Shown: piece after piece, positions 48,384 through 57,869 of the stretch | Layout: every line of letters starts with the position of its first letter | How positions within the stretch are numbered: the first letter of the stretch is position 1 | IMG/VR virus record: IMGVR_UViG_3300027754_000050 | Source: an uncultured virus (IMG/VR IMGVR_UViG_3300027754_000050) | Lineage: Duplodnaviria > Heunggongvirae > Uroviricota > Caudoviricetes | Length of the DNA stretch: 60,677 nucleotides | Reading direction: 5' to 3' (one strand) | The notes under the pieces: model-generated | What the model saw: the letters and a program-made list of their open reading frames with translations, nothing else | What the model was told of the DNA's origin: nothing | The model's database searches: none | Made by a program: the position numbers and the translations under genes

Positions 48384-48459
48384 AAAAATCTTTCATTCCA
48401 AAGCATAAAACTACGAACAAGAGTAGGCGACATTGCCGCGAAGCACAATTAAAATCTTG

Positions 48460-48531
48460 TACCCCGTGTCGGTAACGCTCCGACGTCTCAGCCTTGAAAG
48501 GGCCGTGTACTAACTTCTATACGAACGGGGC
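48460..48531 (-). tRNA. tRNA-Glu(TTC) with a non-canonical T-loop
   Basis: GCCCCGT..CGGCC-CTTTCAA-GGCTG..GTCGG-AGCGTTA-CCGAC-ACGGGGT-A. Confidence 0.8.
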
Positions 48532-48535
48532 GGAA

Positions 48536-48608
48536 TGGGTGATGAAGGACTCGAACCTTCGACCTAAGCGTTAAAAGCACCTTGCTCTACCAACTGAGCT
48601 AATCACCC
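48536..48608 (-). tRNA. tRNA-Lys(TTT)
   Basis: GGGTGAT-TAGCTCAGTTGGTAGAGC..CTTTTAA..GGTTCGAGTCC..ATCACCC-A. Confidence 0.95.
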
Positions 48609-48634
48609 GACTACACTTTAAGGTACAATAAAAT

Positions 48635-49591
48635 TCACAAAACCCTCTCTATATTAGGGATTATGTAATTTTTCGTGTAATACTCCGCACGATACTTCTT
48701 AGACGTATCATAAGATCGTACATAAATGTCATAAAGATCATCACGGTGTGCCGATTCATACAAATCTTGGAACATATTTTCACTCCGGATACGAAGGCAG
48801 TTCACTCCATGATCGAAAGGAACACTCCATGCTAAATTATCATACTGCATTGCCATAATAGATCCAACATTTGCCTCGCCATGACGAAAACATTTCACCC
48901 CACAACCAGGTAAACTCACACTAATTTTACTCTCGTTTTGAAACCGTATTATTTCATTATAATGCACACGGGCAAAATGCGGTGTGAAAATTGGTGCCCA
49001 TGTCTCTCCACGGGGTGAAGAGAAATATTTTTCGTAATGACCCCATTCTGAAATTATTTCATAGTTCTGCATCTTAGAGAATATTTCACCATGCAATAAC
49101 ATGCGGGATGGATGCGAATAACCCCAATTATAAAACACAGTTATACGTCTAGAATCAAATACGGCTTTACCGCAAAGATCCGGTTCCGGCCACCACGTGA
49201 CGTATTCAATCGGCATCACACGCTCCGATACGTCACTCGCTAGCAACTCTCGCTTAAAATAAAGAACCGGCGGAACATCCCTAAAAAATTCCTCTAGCTT
49301 GCTGTACTCGGGTCCGGAAACCTTGGAGAACGCACCACTGTTCACACCAAAAAGATGAGACTCCACTCGGTCCCAATCCCATCCGTATTCCATAGAATCA
49401 AAGGCAATCCATGGGGTCTTTATCCGATACAGATCCTTGTTAAACTCATAATCGTTATAATAAGAAACAGGTACGATCACCGCATCCGCAGACTCGTAAC
49501 GATCCACAATCTCCATATTGCGAACGATAGGTGATAATAATATATTATCATTATGTCCACGACCCTCGCCACTCATAATAAAGAATTTCAT
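48635..49591 (-). CDS. hypothetical protein, possibly glycosyltransferase-like
   Basis: 318 aa; SKIS.SLPG.G..CFRH.E pattern. Confidence 0.6.
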   Translation of the reverse strand: MKFFIMSGEGRGHNDNILLSPIVRNMEIVDRYESADAVIVPVSYYNDYEFNKDLYRIKTPWIAFDSMEYGWDWDRVESHLFGVNSGAFSKVSGPEYSKLEEFFRDVPPVLYFKRELLASDVSERVMPIEYVTWWPEPDLCGKAVFDSRRITVFYNWGYSHPSRMLLHGEIFSKMQNYEIISEWGHYEKYFSSPRGETWAPIFTPHFARVHYNEIIRFQNESKISVSLPGCGVKCFRHGEANVGSIMAMQYDNLAWSVPFDHGVNCLRIRSENMFQDLYESAHRDDLYDIYVRSYDTSKKYRAEYYTKNYIIPNIERVL

Positions 49592-51027
49592 GATAATTTA
49601 AACCAAGAAGGATCCGAAAGAGCTTTGTATGCTAACATACTGCCCAATTTTGTCAAGCATTCATGATAGCTCGACTCATAATGCCATCCCGCAGTATGAC
49701 CAAGTTCATGAATAATTAAATTCAGCATAGAACACGATACAACACCATTCTTTAAAACCCATTCCTTATCACTAAAATGAGCGACGTTAAACCGCAGCAC
49801 ATGCGACGAGGAACAATAATCAGCCTTAGAACTGCTGTCCGGAGAACTATAAAATATCACAGAACAACGTACGTCGAGCATCTCATGTGCTATACGTTTG
49901 CAAAAATTTCCAATGATAACCATTTCCGGTGATGGAGTCACCACCTCACCACTGCATATGTTGGTTTTAAAAATCGCAGAACTACTCGACATCAAACCGC
50001 CCGAACGAACCTTGCCCCACTCTTCCTTGTTCATCTCAGATGAATACACAACATTATAATTGTTGCTAATCGCTTCATCCATAGAACGCTTGTCAAAAGG
50101 ATTCGCAATACAACGCTTGTTTCCATATCGAGTATCCAATACATGGTCACAAACATCTTTTTCACTTCGCTCAGTACAGAACCCTTCCCGTACCCAAACT
50201 GCACTCGCACTCTCTGGAGTGATCTCATCAATCACAACATTCAGCAGTTCACCATATACTAGCTTTAAATACTTCGGGTCTACCGTATCTCTATCAATGC
50301 TAAGAGGAACCCGCATACCAATATCACAAGAATACTCACAGTCTATTTCTGTAATCGGAATGCCCATTTCATAGATGTATGATGCCCCGTCGCTCTTGTG
50401 AACGTGTACGTCTGTAACCTTGTGCGTCTTACGCATAACACCGCCCGATAGTGCCACGGTCGGCAGTAATGCACTAAAAGAGGCATGTGGCTTCTTATAG
50501 GAATACTCGATACGTACCCCATCAACACTCGCTAGGAATTTTAACCCTTTTGGAACGAGTATTCGACGTAGATAATGGCAGCATGATTCATAAGACTCTC
50601 TTGTCATTTTCACAAGTACACTCACTTCACTGCCAATTTCTCGCTTACGACGACCGTGAGACCGTACGCCACGAATCAAATCGAAAGAAATGCACCCCTT
50701 TGTAGAAACTATGACGGCACTCTCTGCCATGCACAGAACCTGCTTCTCTCCTAAATTAAACCGTCCCCTCTTGTGAATGTTCCCACGCTTACTCGTAGTT
50801 TTAAATAATGTGTAAGCATCACTTAAATCCTGGAAACCATCGGGAGAGTCATCCTCCACAACAATATTCGCTCGACCACGACTGTAGCTCATATTTACAG
50901 ACACAGAACTTATTTTTTCATCCAAAGCATTCTGAATTAACTCACGAACGATAAACCAAACCGGCTTTTCAGCTTGAAGTTCTCGTAAACCATCAATATC
51001 AACAACGAATATATTGTTATTTTTCAT
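49588..51027 (-). CDS. GHKL (HSP90-like) ATPase with a C-terminal HExxH
   Basis: RELIQNALD, EDD...G, RGRFNLGEK, GSEV; IIHELGH. Confidence 0.82.
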   Translation of the reverse strand: MKNNNIFVVDIDGLRELQAEKPVWFIVRELIQNALDEKISSVSVNMSYSRGRANIVVEDDSPDGFQDLSDAYTLFKTTSKRGNIHKRGRFNLGEKQVLCMAESAVIVSTKGCISFDLIRGVRSHGRRKREIGSEVSVLVKMTRESYESCCHYLRRILVPKGLKFLASVDGVRIEYSYKKPHASFSALLPTVALSGGVMRKTHKVTDVHVHKSDGASYIYEMGIPITEIDCEYSCDIGMRVPLSIDRDTVDPKYLKLVYGELLNVVIDEITPESASAVWVREGFCTERSEKDVCDHVLDTRYGNKRCIANPFDKRSMDEAISNNYNVVYSSEMNKEEWGKVRSGGLMSSSSAIFKTNICSGEVVTPSPEMVIIGNFCKRIAHEMLDVRCSVIFYSSPDSSSKADYCSSSHVLRFNVAHFSDKEWVLKNGVVSCSMLNLIIHELGHTAGWHYESSYHECLTKLGSMLAYKALSDPSWFKLS

Positions 51028-51076
51028 GCTTCACCATGGGTTAAGGATATCATTCTCACTATAAGGTACAATTAAA

Positions 51077-51370
51077 TCATCCTTTTTTCGCCGGATAATT
51101 TTTACTCCTGTCGCCATCTTTTAGCTCCAGAGTAATCCAGGCGATTTCGAAGTTCTGCAGGACGCCCGAATACATTGTTTCTAAGTATTCTCGCACGGCA
51201 CGAAACGTACCACCTCGCACCTCACCATGAATTGGACCTATTACTCCCTCATACGCTGTATGAGGTAAATCCTCGAGGTTTTCATCCTCCCAATCAATAT
51301 CTTCATGCCGTGGGCGCAAAAAAGCAAAAAACAAACATCGAGGCTTAAACGGTGGAATAACTTTCTTCAT
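51077..51370 (-). CDS. hypothetical protein
   Basis: 97 aa between motif copies, RBS. Confidence 0.7.
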   Translation of the reverse strand: MKKVIPPFKPRCLFFAFLRPRHEDIDWEDENLEDLPHTAYEGVIGPIHGEVRGGTFRAVREYLETMYSGVLQNFEIAWITLELKDGDRSKNYPAKKG

Positions 51371-51402
51371 ACGATTCTCCTATCCTATAAGGTACAATAA
51401 AT

Positions 51403-52320
51403 TTATGCGCCATAACCGGTTGGGATCGCACTTATTTTCTTCCTGTGCACTATTGAACCACGCCGAACACGTATTTTTGGAATTTTACGTCCAACCCCTG
51501 TCCAATACAGTGCTGCAAGGCATGGACCACGAAGATGAGGTGAGATTTCTATACTTTTGCCAACACTCCAACCTACCTTACCTCGACCGTGTGCCCTAAC
51601 AATATACTTTTCATCATGACATGCTTCGAATTTGGAAACATCTCCATTCAACACCTCTGGCACTACAACTTCAGGATCAGAAGCCAATAAGCATACAGTA
51701 CAGATTAAACGTGTAATGTCTCGTATAATATCTTCTGGATACAGAACTCCATCACTGCTAGAATCATGTGCAGGAATGTTCGTCAAACTCCATTCTATAG
51801 TTTTCCCTGTTTCACATAAAATATGCTTATAAAGAACACGACGTAATCCATCCCCTATGATTTCATTTATGTCTACCCAAAAACTAATTGCTCGTACCGG
51901 CTCACAAAAAGGTTTATGAAGATACGAGTTTTCACACAATATGCTACAAATACGATGTTCTTTGTCGCCATGCATGAATCGTAAAGGATGATTCTCATTC
52001 ACAGGAAGCCGTAACAATAAAGTATCCACCGGCAACCGGAAATAACCAGAATCAACATCTAACTTTATCCGCAATAATGCAGGAATAATACCTGGATATA
52101 TATCATAATACGGACGCCGTGATTCGATCCACCGCTGCTCAAGAGTTAAAAGAGCAGGAGTAAAAGGATCTAGGTCAGACAGTTCCTTGTATCCAAGATC
52201 CCGTGCTTGAGCCTCCATCCGGTCCAAATAACTCCTCGTGAAAACCTGTACGTTTTCTGTGTGAGGCATTTTTTTGCCCTTGCCCCAATTGAAATGAGTC
52301 TCATAATCATGAAATTTCAT
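51403..52320 (-). CDS. hypothetical protein
   Basis: 305 aa; PH.R...W.G.GR C-terminal pattern. Confidence 0.8.
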   Translation of the reverse strand: MKFHDYETHFNWGKGKKMPHTENVQVFTRSYLDRMEAQARDLGYKELSDLDPFTPALLTLEQRWIESRRPYYDIYPGIIPALLRIKLDVDSGYFRLPVDTLLLRLPVNENHPLRFMHGDKEHRICSILCENSYLHKPFCEPVRAISFWVDINEIIGDGLRRVLYKHILCETGKTIEWSLTNIPAHDSSSDGVLYPEDIIRDITRLICTVCLLASDPEVVVPEVLNGDVSKFEACHDEKYIVRAHGRGKVGWSVGKSIEISPHLRGPCLAALYWTGVGRKIPKIRVRRGSIVHRKKISAIPTGYGA

Positions 52321-52722
52321 AATTTTTCACCTTGACAAAAGATTTCTTGAGGACTACAACGGTCGGAACGACCGGTTTCACCGGATGCGAAAAACATCGT
52401 TCCCAGTATAAGGTACAATAAAATAGGAGTCTATGGAATGAAAAACGCTTTAACTACCACCGTTTTAGCCGCAGCGTGATTGAGCTTCTTGTTCAGCGTG
52501 ACTTTGTGGTTTAACGGAGTTTCATGGGATGTGTCGCCAGAAACATCCAAACAATACGGAATATTTGTCGGATTATGGGTACCGTCTATATTAGGGTTAG
52601 GGTGCTACTTCAAAAAGGATGTGTAATGGAATCCTTAATATTTTGTGCTGGAGGCTTCGTTTCGCTTCTGCTAATGGTTGGAATAATACTGGAATACCGT
52701 GGAATCCCATGATTCCGCTACC

Positions 52723-52751
52723 ATTATAGCATAATACTGCGATTTTGTCAA
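52723..52751 (-). promoter_or_regulatory. consensus extended sigma70 promoter facing the array
   Basis: TTGACA-17-TATAAT preceded by TGC. Confidence 0.85.
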
Positions 52752-52788
52752 CGTACCGGGATTCTACGTTTCTAGGACGGAAAATAGG

Positions 52789-53454
52789 GTGAAAATCATG
52801 GTAAAGCTAGTTTCATGTACTGTTCCTAAAATTCATCCCGATATCGTGTCTCCCGAAGATCTTATCGTTTATTGTGCACGGGTATCGAATCCCAGTAATC
52901 AATGCAATACTGAAACATCTCCTAAATTGTTGAAGTATTTGATCAAAAATGAACATTGGTCACCGATGGAAATGGCAAGCATGTGTGTGGAAATTAAAAC
53001 ATCTCGAGCCATTGCTGCACAACTCATTCGACATCGTAGCTTCTCTTTCCAAGAATTCTCCATGCGTTATTCTGATGTGAATTCTATGGAATATATTGAA
53101 TGGAGATTACAAGGTACGGGAAATAGAATGGTCGGAGAAGATGTATTATCTCTTTCTAATGAACTCAGCGAACGAGTAACATTACTACAAAAAGAATGCG
53201 TCGATGTTTATAATGAGCTTTTGAACAAGGGATACGCTAAAGAATGCTCTAGAATGATCCTTCCATTGAACTCGTCCACTACACTTTATATGTATGGAAG
53301 TGTACGTTCTTGGATTCATTATATTGGTATTCGAACTAAAGCTAATACTATGAAAGAACACCGAATTATAGCAATAAAAATACGTGATATATTCATAGAG
53401 AATTTTCCTATGATAGCCGAAGCATGCGATATGATTCCGTCATCACCCGAATAA
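52789..53454 (+). CDS. thyX: flavin-dependent thymidylate synthase
   Basis: ARVS, HWSP.E, SRAIAAQL.RHRSFSFQEFS.RY, AKE..R..LP. Confidence 0.95.
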   Translation: MKIMVKLVSCTVPKIHPDIVSPEDLIVYCARVSNPSNQCNTETSPKLLKYLIKNEHWSPMEMASMCVEIKTSRAIAAQLIRHRSFSFQEFSMRYSDVNSMEYIEWRLQGTGNRMVGEDVLSLSNELSERVTLLQKECVDVYNELLNKGYAKECSRMILPLNSSTTLYMYGSVRSWIHYIGIRTKANTMKEHRIIAIKIRDIFIENFPMIAEACDMIPSSPE

Positions 53455-53459
53455 ACTAT

Positions 53460-53880
53460 TATAATAAGTCCTAGCGAGTCCTACGGCACTCGGAATGAGC
53501 CTTTCTTATATTTTAATAGTACTTATTCTGTTATTATAATAATACTCTTGAGAGTGCATAGGACTGGCATAGGACGGCTATGCGGGGCTAGGACTCAGGA
53601 GGAAGGTATTTTGTATAGGACTCGGTAGGACGCAATAGGACGCAATAGAAGGCTGGCTAGACCGTGTCCTATTGTTTTGTTATACTGCAATATTATGAAA
53701 TAAATTTAATTTGTAATATGTAATTATAAATTAATTACATGATATCTGGCATGAAACCCACAAGAATACCAATAAACCCACAAGAATAACAATAAAACAA
53801 TCTTTTATGGCATAAAACCCACAAAGTTTAAAAATTCACACTAATCCTTATTAATTATTCCTGAAACACACAAAGAATGG
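53460..53880. repeat. AT-rich non-coding region with TAGGAC and CCACAAGAATA short repeats
   Basis: Several TAGGAC/GTCCTA copies at 53468-53671; AAACCCACAAGAATA x2 plus variants. Confidence 0.7.
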
Positions 53881-53890
53881 AAACCAAAAA

Positions 53891-54319
53891 ATGATAAACC
53901 TGAGTACTTTAAAAAGCGTTTTGTTCACGAACAAAGATGTTGGCATGATGATAATGCTTCCAGATGGTAGTACTGTGCCACCTCATTTCCATATTACTGA
54001 AGTTGGCAAAGTTGTAAAAGAATTTATCGATTGTGGTGGAACTTCTCGGTCGGTTACTTCCTGTAATCTCCAGATATACGTTGCAAATGATACTCATCAC
54101 AGAGTTAATAGTACAAAATTAAGATCCATATTTGAATTTGCTATTAATCTTTTTCCTTCGGAAGATATTACTGTAGAAATTGAATATGAATGTGAGTTCC
54201 TTGCGGTATTTCCGATAGCTTCTATAGAAGTAAATGATGCTGGCTTATTGTTTATTTTAGGTAAAAAGCACACTGCTTGTCTTGCTCCTGATGCTTGTGG
54301 CATTGGTGAATGTTGTTAA
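53891..54319 (+). CDS. DUF6428 family protein
   Basis: HFHITEVG..FIDCGG..R, D..HR...KL, T.CLA.D.CG. Confidence 0.8.
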   Translation: MINLSTLKSVLFTNKDVGMMIMLPDGSTVPPHFHITEVGKVVKEFIDCGGTSRSVTSCNLQIYVANDTHHRVNSTKLRSIFEFAINLFPSEDITVEIEYECEFLAVFPIASIEVNDAGLLFILGKKHTACLAPDACGIGECC

Positions 54320-54341
54320 TAATCTATTAATATTACTTTCT

Positions 54342-54405
54342 GGATTCCCCAATCGTATCTCAGAATCGATGAAAAGCGTGGGTTTTCTAATACGATTGGG
54401 GATCC
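54342..54405. terminator. Hairpin between convergent genes
   Basis: CCCCAATCGTAT / ATACGATTGGGG. Confidence 0.55.
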
Positions 54406-54438
54406 TATAATATACTTTTACGTTTATTATTGGACTGA

Positions 54439-54873
54439 TTACATGTGGTCGCCGTGAAAGAGTGAAGCTTGTTTAGCCTTACTTAGGATGGCATTCAAAG
54501 TTTTTATATATAATTCAAAATCTTCTTTGCCAAAGCCTGGATAATATTTTAGAATACCATCATCATCGGAGCCTGTGTCGAGATAATTTTGTACTTGTGT
54601 TATTGTGATATTCATCCAATCCTCCAGTACAAGTTCAATTTGATTTACAAGGTAGTCCATCGGCAAATATTTTGCAGGGTCTTCCATCCCTTTAATCATC
54701 GCTTTAACTTTTGTTAACACCTTTGTATTCGATGAGCAGTATTCCATTGCTATTTGGTGTATTTCTAAAAAGAAATTATGAATTATATTTTCTTTATCCT
54801 CGGAAGCTTCTTGATATTGGTTTTCACTGATAACCCCGCTTAAATACAGTTGGTATATGCTTGATTTTTTCAT
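54439..54873 (-). CDS. hypothetical protein
   Basis: Start adjusted to MKKSS after AAGGA. Confidence 0.7.
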   Translation of the reverse strand: MKKSSIYQLYLSGVISENQYQEASEDKENIIHNFFLEIHQIAMEYCSSNTKVLTKVKAMIKGMEDPAKYLPMDYLVNQIELVLEDWMNITITQVQNYLDTGSDDDGILKYYPGFGKEDFELYIKTLNAILSKAKQASLFHGDHM

Positions 54874-54916
54874 GACTTCCTTTAAATTTGTTTTTTGATG
54901 TTTCCGGTAAGGTTTG

Positions 54917-55771
54917 CTAATTATGTATGCCGTCGCTTGGGATTTCGCTTGTTTCCGTCGCTTCGTTATTTGCTGGTGGGAGTGGGTTTTGGGATGACTG
55001 AGACTTTCCTGCATAGATTCCTAAGCTATTAGGTTTAACATATTCTTTTGTTTTCGTGTTGTATATGTACAGAAGTCTGGTGTTTTTTACGGCTGATTGA
55101 TTCCAGATTACTCCGCTTGGCAAATCCCAATATTCTTGCCATTGGTGGCTTTTTAGACCTCCGCCGGATATTTCTACTCCAAAGTATTCTTTCTCAACAT
55201 CGGGCCAGTTCATTAATGTTTCGGGGTGTATCTTTTCGAAGGGTTCGGATATAGTTTTTTCTTTATCGTTGAGTTTTATAAAGTTCTTTTTGCCCTTTTT
55301 GCCATCGTCTGTGAGGTAGAATTCAAAGCCATATCTTTTTTCGAAGTTATCATTAGAGGCTTTTGAATTAATAATAGCGATTTTGTTTGTATCTAGTATT
55401 AATTCATGAATAAACATGTGTATCATGTTAGGAACATTGTTATAGGCAAAATCTAACCATCCTGATCCTATACCGTACCATAGACCGCCTATTGGTTTTC
55501 TTCCGTAATGATGGTCTATTTTTATATCTTGGTTTTTTATTGGAGTAGCTATTGGTGGTTGTCTGTATTTTGAGACTACTATCCGTCTATTCCCGAGAGA
55601 GATTTTAGCTTTAGAGCTTTCTGTATCAGCGTATTTAACAAATGCGGCAGCGGCTTTCATTCTATCTTGAACTTCTGGGTGTGACTTGTTGTCTTGAGAT
55701 CTCACGTTTAGATCATCATAGGTGTATTCGTGTTCTTTAAAAAACTCTTTAAATGTAGTAGCAGATTTCAT
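54917..55771 (-). CDS. hypothetical protein (KP.G.LWY ... WD..SG.IWN), candidate internal virion protein
   Basis: 284 aa; TFKEFFKE N-terminus. Confidence 0.75.
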   Translation of the reverse strand: MKSATTFKEFFKEHEYTYDDLNVRSQDNKSHPEVQDRMKAAAAFVKYADTESSKAKISLGNRRIVVSKYRQPPIATPIKNQDIKIDHHYGRKPIGGLWYGIGSGWLDFAYNNVPNMIHMFIHELILDTNKIAIINSKASNDNFEKRYGFEFYLTDDGKKGKKNFIKLNDKEKTISEPFEKIHPETLMNWPDVEKEYFGVEISGGGLKSHQWQEYWDLPSGVIWNQSAVKNTRLLYIYNTKTKEYVKPNSLGIYAGKSQSSQNPLPPANNEATETSEIPSDGIHN

Positions 55772-55885
55772 GCCCTATCTATCCCTGTTCAATTCATGTT
55801 TACAATAAGAAAAGTATGAAAAGATTTATAATAAAAATTAATACTGGGCTGTCCTAGATACTTTTATATTATTTTAGGAGTTATT

Positions 55886-56353
55886 ATGAAAAGTTTCCAT
55901 GAGTGGCTTGAGGAAAAGCATGAAAATGATATGGGAGCAAATGCCATGTCAGGCGAAGTAAATCATGAATTTCTTCAAGCTGTAGGAGAGGCAAGACAAA
56001 AATTGGCTGAAATGCATAAAACACTACAAAAAAATAAAGATCCACAATACCAAAAAGGACTGGTCGATTATATGAAAAACGCTAGAGCACATCTAAGTCA
56101 ATTGCTCATGCCATTTGATAGAAAACCTGTATCAGGAACCACAGAGTTTAGAATGTCCAATATGGGAACATTACAGCAACTTGCTATGGACAACAGAATG
56201 GGGCAAGATAGCATTGAAAAATCAATCTTAAATGGAAGAATAGACGACTTAATTGTAACTGTTGCGAGTGCCGAGAAGAGTTTGGGGGATTGGTTTAGCT
56301 CATCATCTCCAAGAAATGCGATACTTCACCAACAAAATCCTTCTATGATTTGA
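55886..56353 (+). CDS. hypothetical protein, candidate internal virion protein
   Basis: MKSFHEWLEE N-terminus, AGGAG RBS. Confidence 0.75.
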   Translation: MKSFHEWLEEKHENDMGANAMSGEVNHEFLQAVGEARQKLAEMHKTLQKNKDPQYQKGLVDYMKNARAHLSQLLMPFDRKPVSGTTEFRMSNMGTLQQLAMDNRMGQDSIEKSILNGRIDDLIVTVASAEKSLGDWFSSSSPRNAILHQQNPSMI

Positions 56354-56848
56354 ATGCACATGAAAACATTCCATCAATGGCTTGAAAATCAACAAGTCAA
56401 TATCATTGAAGGTCTTAGAAGTCCAGAAAGAGCAGTTAAACTCGGCAATTATTTAGCAAAAAAATCTCAAGAAGGCTGGGAAAAAGAACCTACTGGTTAT
56501 TATACGAATTCCATGATAAGCAGGAGTGGTGGTAATAAAACACATAAACTTTTCCAGAACTATAAAAAAGGAAGAGAAATTGGTGATATTGGTAGGAATG
56601 CTTATAAGAAAAGACCCAACATCTTTTTAAAACCACCAAATATCCAATCGGTTAAACTATCAGATTTGATATTAACACAAGCACATACTGATTGGGATGA
56701 AAAAAAAGCCAATTTGAAATTAAAAGATGAAGCCCCGATAAACGTATTTCAATATGAAGGAAAAATGTATGTTATTGATGGACACCATAGATTTGTCGTT
56801 CATCAATTGTTGGGTAAAAAACATATTAGTGCAAATGTTCAGTCATGA
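56354..56848 (+). CDS. ParB/Srx-like domain protein
   Basis: L..TQ, PI.V, YVIDGHHR; MKTFHQWLE N-terminus. Confidence 0.8.
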   Translation: MHMKTFHQWLENQQVNIIEGLRSPERAVKLGNYLAKKSQEGWEKEPTGYYTNSMISRSGGNKTHKLFQNYKKGREIGDIGRNAYKKRPNIFLKPPNIQSVKLSDLILTQAHTDWDEKKANLKLKDEAPINVFQYEGKMYVIDGHHRFVVHQLLGKKHISANVQS

Positions 56849-56858
56849 TTTTCGCACC

Positions 56859-57866
56859 CTATAATATACTTTTAAATTTATTAAAGATATATTCATTGAA
56901 AAGATTCATTATATTCTTTGGAGTATAGTATGAATACGCATTCCAGTCGCATCTTGAACTTATTATGTTTCTGATATTAGTGAATATTGAAATCAAAGAT
57001 TCCTCATTAGTGTAAATTATAGCCTTATCGCCCAGTATACGAACGTGTTCAAGGTCGCCGGTTAGGGATGTTATAACAGGCTTATTTCGTACGGAGAACT
57101 CTGCAACTGCTAATCCGAATGTTTCACCATCGGCTCTTGCATGTATCATTGCATCGCATGTGTTTACAAACTTTACCTTAAAACCACAATCGATGGATTT
57201 ATTGCAGTAAATGATATTTTTATGAACAGCAAAAACTTTTGTATTCATGAATAGAAAATAAACATTATGATCAGCGTGCTCCGAATTTAAATAAGATATT
57301 ACTGCAGAAACACCGAATTCTAAGTTGAATTGGTAATATCCTCCATATCTTCCGATAACAATAGCATTCTGAGGAATTCGGTACTCGTTTCGCAGGTTTT
57401 CATGGGATACAGGTTCTGTGGAAACGATATGCGGTATTACTGGAATCTTAGTATGGTACTTATCGTTTAGGTATTCTGAAATGCTAATATGGAAATCACC
57501 TTCGGGGCAATTTGTTTTGAATACACAATGTTTTATAGTTTTACAATTTTGCCATATTTCTTTATTATGAAAGCGATAAAAATCTTTTTCTTCTTTTCCG
57601 TGTGTTAGAGTGTGGAAGAAATTTATTTTGTTATATCTTATTACACTTGAAATATCTCGAATATCTTTTATTTCGTGTGCCCCGAATCGAGATTTGAATT
57701 TATAGTAAACGTCTTTATTGTCTTCATTTTTTAATGGCATGTGGACTATGAATGATTTATTTCCCAGTATTTCCTCATTATACTTGGCATAATCATATAT
57801 TGCTATTTCCGTACCTCTTTCGCTCCATCCTTTAACATAAAATATAACATTGTTCGTTTTTGCCAT
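56859..57866 (-). CDS. GT-B (GT4-like) glycosyltransferase
   Basis: RGTE.A.YDYA, HAR.DGETFGLAVAEF...KPVIT. Confidence 0.85.
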   Translation of the reverse strand: MAKTNNVIFYVKGWSERGTEIAIYDYAKYNEEILGNKSFIVHMPLKNEDNKDVYYKFKSRFGAHEIKDIRDISSVIRYNKINFFHTLTHGKEEKDFYRFHNKEIWQNCKTIKHCVFKTNCPEGDFHISISEYLNDKYHTKIPVIPHIVSTEPVSHENLRNEYRIPQNAIVIGRYGGYYQFNLEFGVSAVISYLNSEHADHNVYFLFMNTKVFAVHKNIIYCNKSIDCGFKVKFVNTCDAMIHARADGETFGLAVAEFSVRNKPVITSLTGDLEHVRILGDKAIIYTNEESLISIFTNIRNIISSRCDWNAYSYYTPKNIMNLFNEYIFNKFKSIL

Positions 57867-57869
57867 ATT

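Larger units (their letters stand above)
600..52421 (-). repeat. Dispersed direct-repeat element (minus: tttAATTGTACCTTATAg; plus: cTATAAGGTACAATTAaa), about 68 copies at gene boundaries
   Basis: Approximate starts on +: 600,1139,1575,1913,2196,2775,3041,3284,3592,3951,4129,5549,7124,7603,8626,8966,9308,9812,10312,10782,11408,12196,12560,13333,13801,14413,15877,16106,16547,16800,17312,18457,18524,18896,19150,20479,20895,21711,22154,22810,22861,24638,24968,25654,27029,27711,29169,29727,30515,31649,32549,33129,34005,34851,36214,36708,37178,37740,38239,39111,40313,40874,41488,42265,48617,51059,51385,52407; half copy at 5356. Confidence 0.97.

Noticed and set aside
671..52000. Many plus-strand ORFs in the track (e.g. 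671-1144, 1443-2201, 17343-17894, 31927-32472)
   Set aside because: They are antisense shadows of better-supported minus-strand genes and have no recognisable motifs; the HNH at 44635 is the exception
600..52421. CRISPR array interpretation of the dispersed motif
   Set aside because: The repeat is only 13-18 bp, spacing ranges from about 50 bp to several kb, the intervals contain whole genes, and no cas genes are present
52524..52712. 62-aa plus-strand ORF
   Set aside because: No recognisable motif and antisense to the strong minus-strand promoter; coding status unsupported
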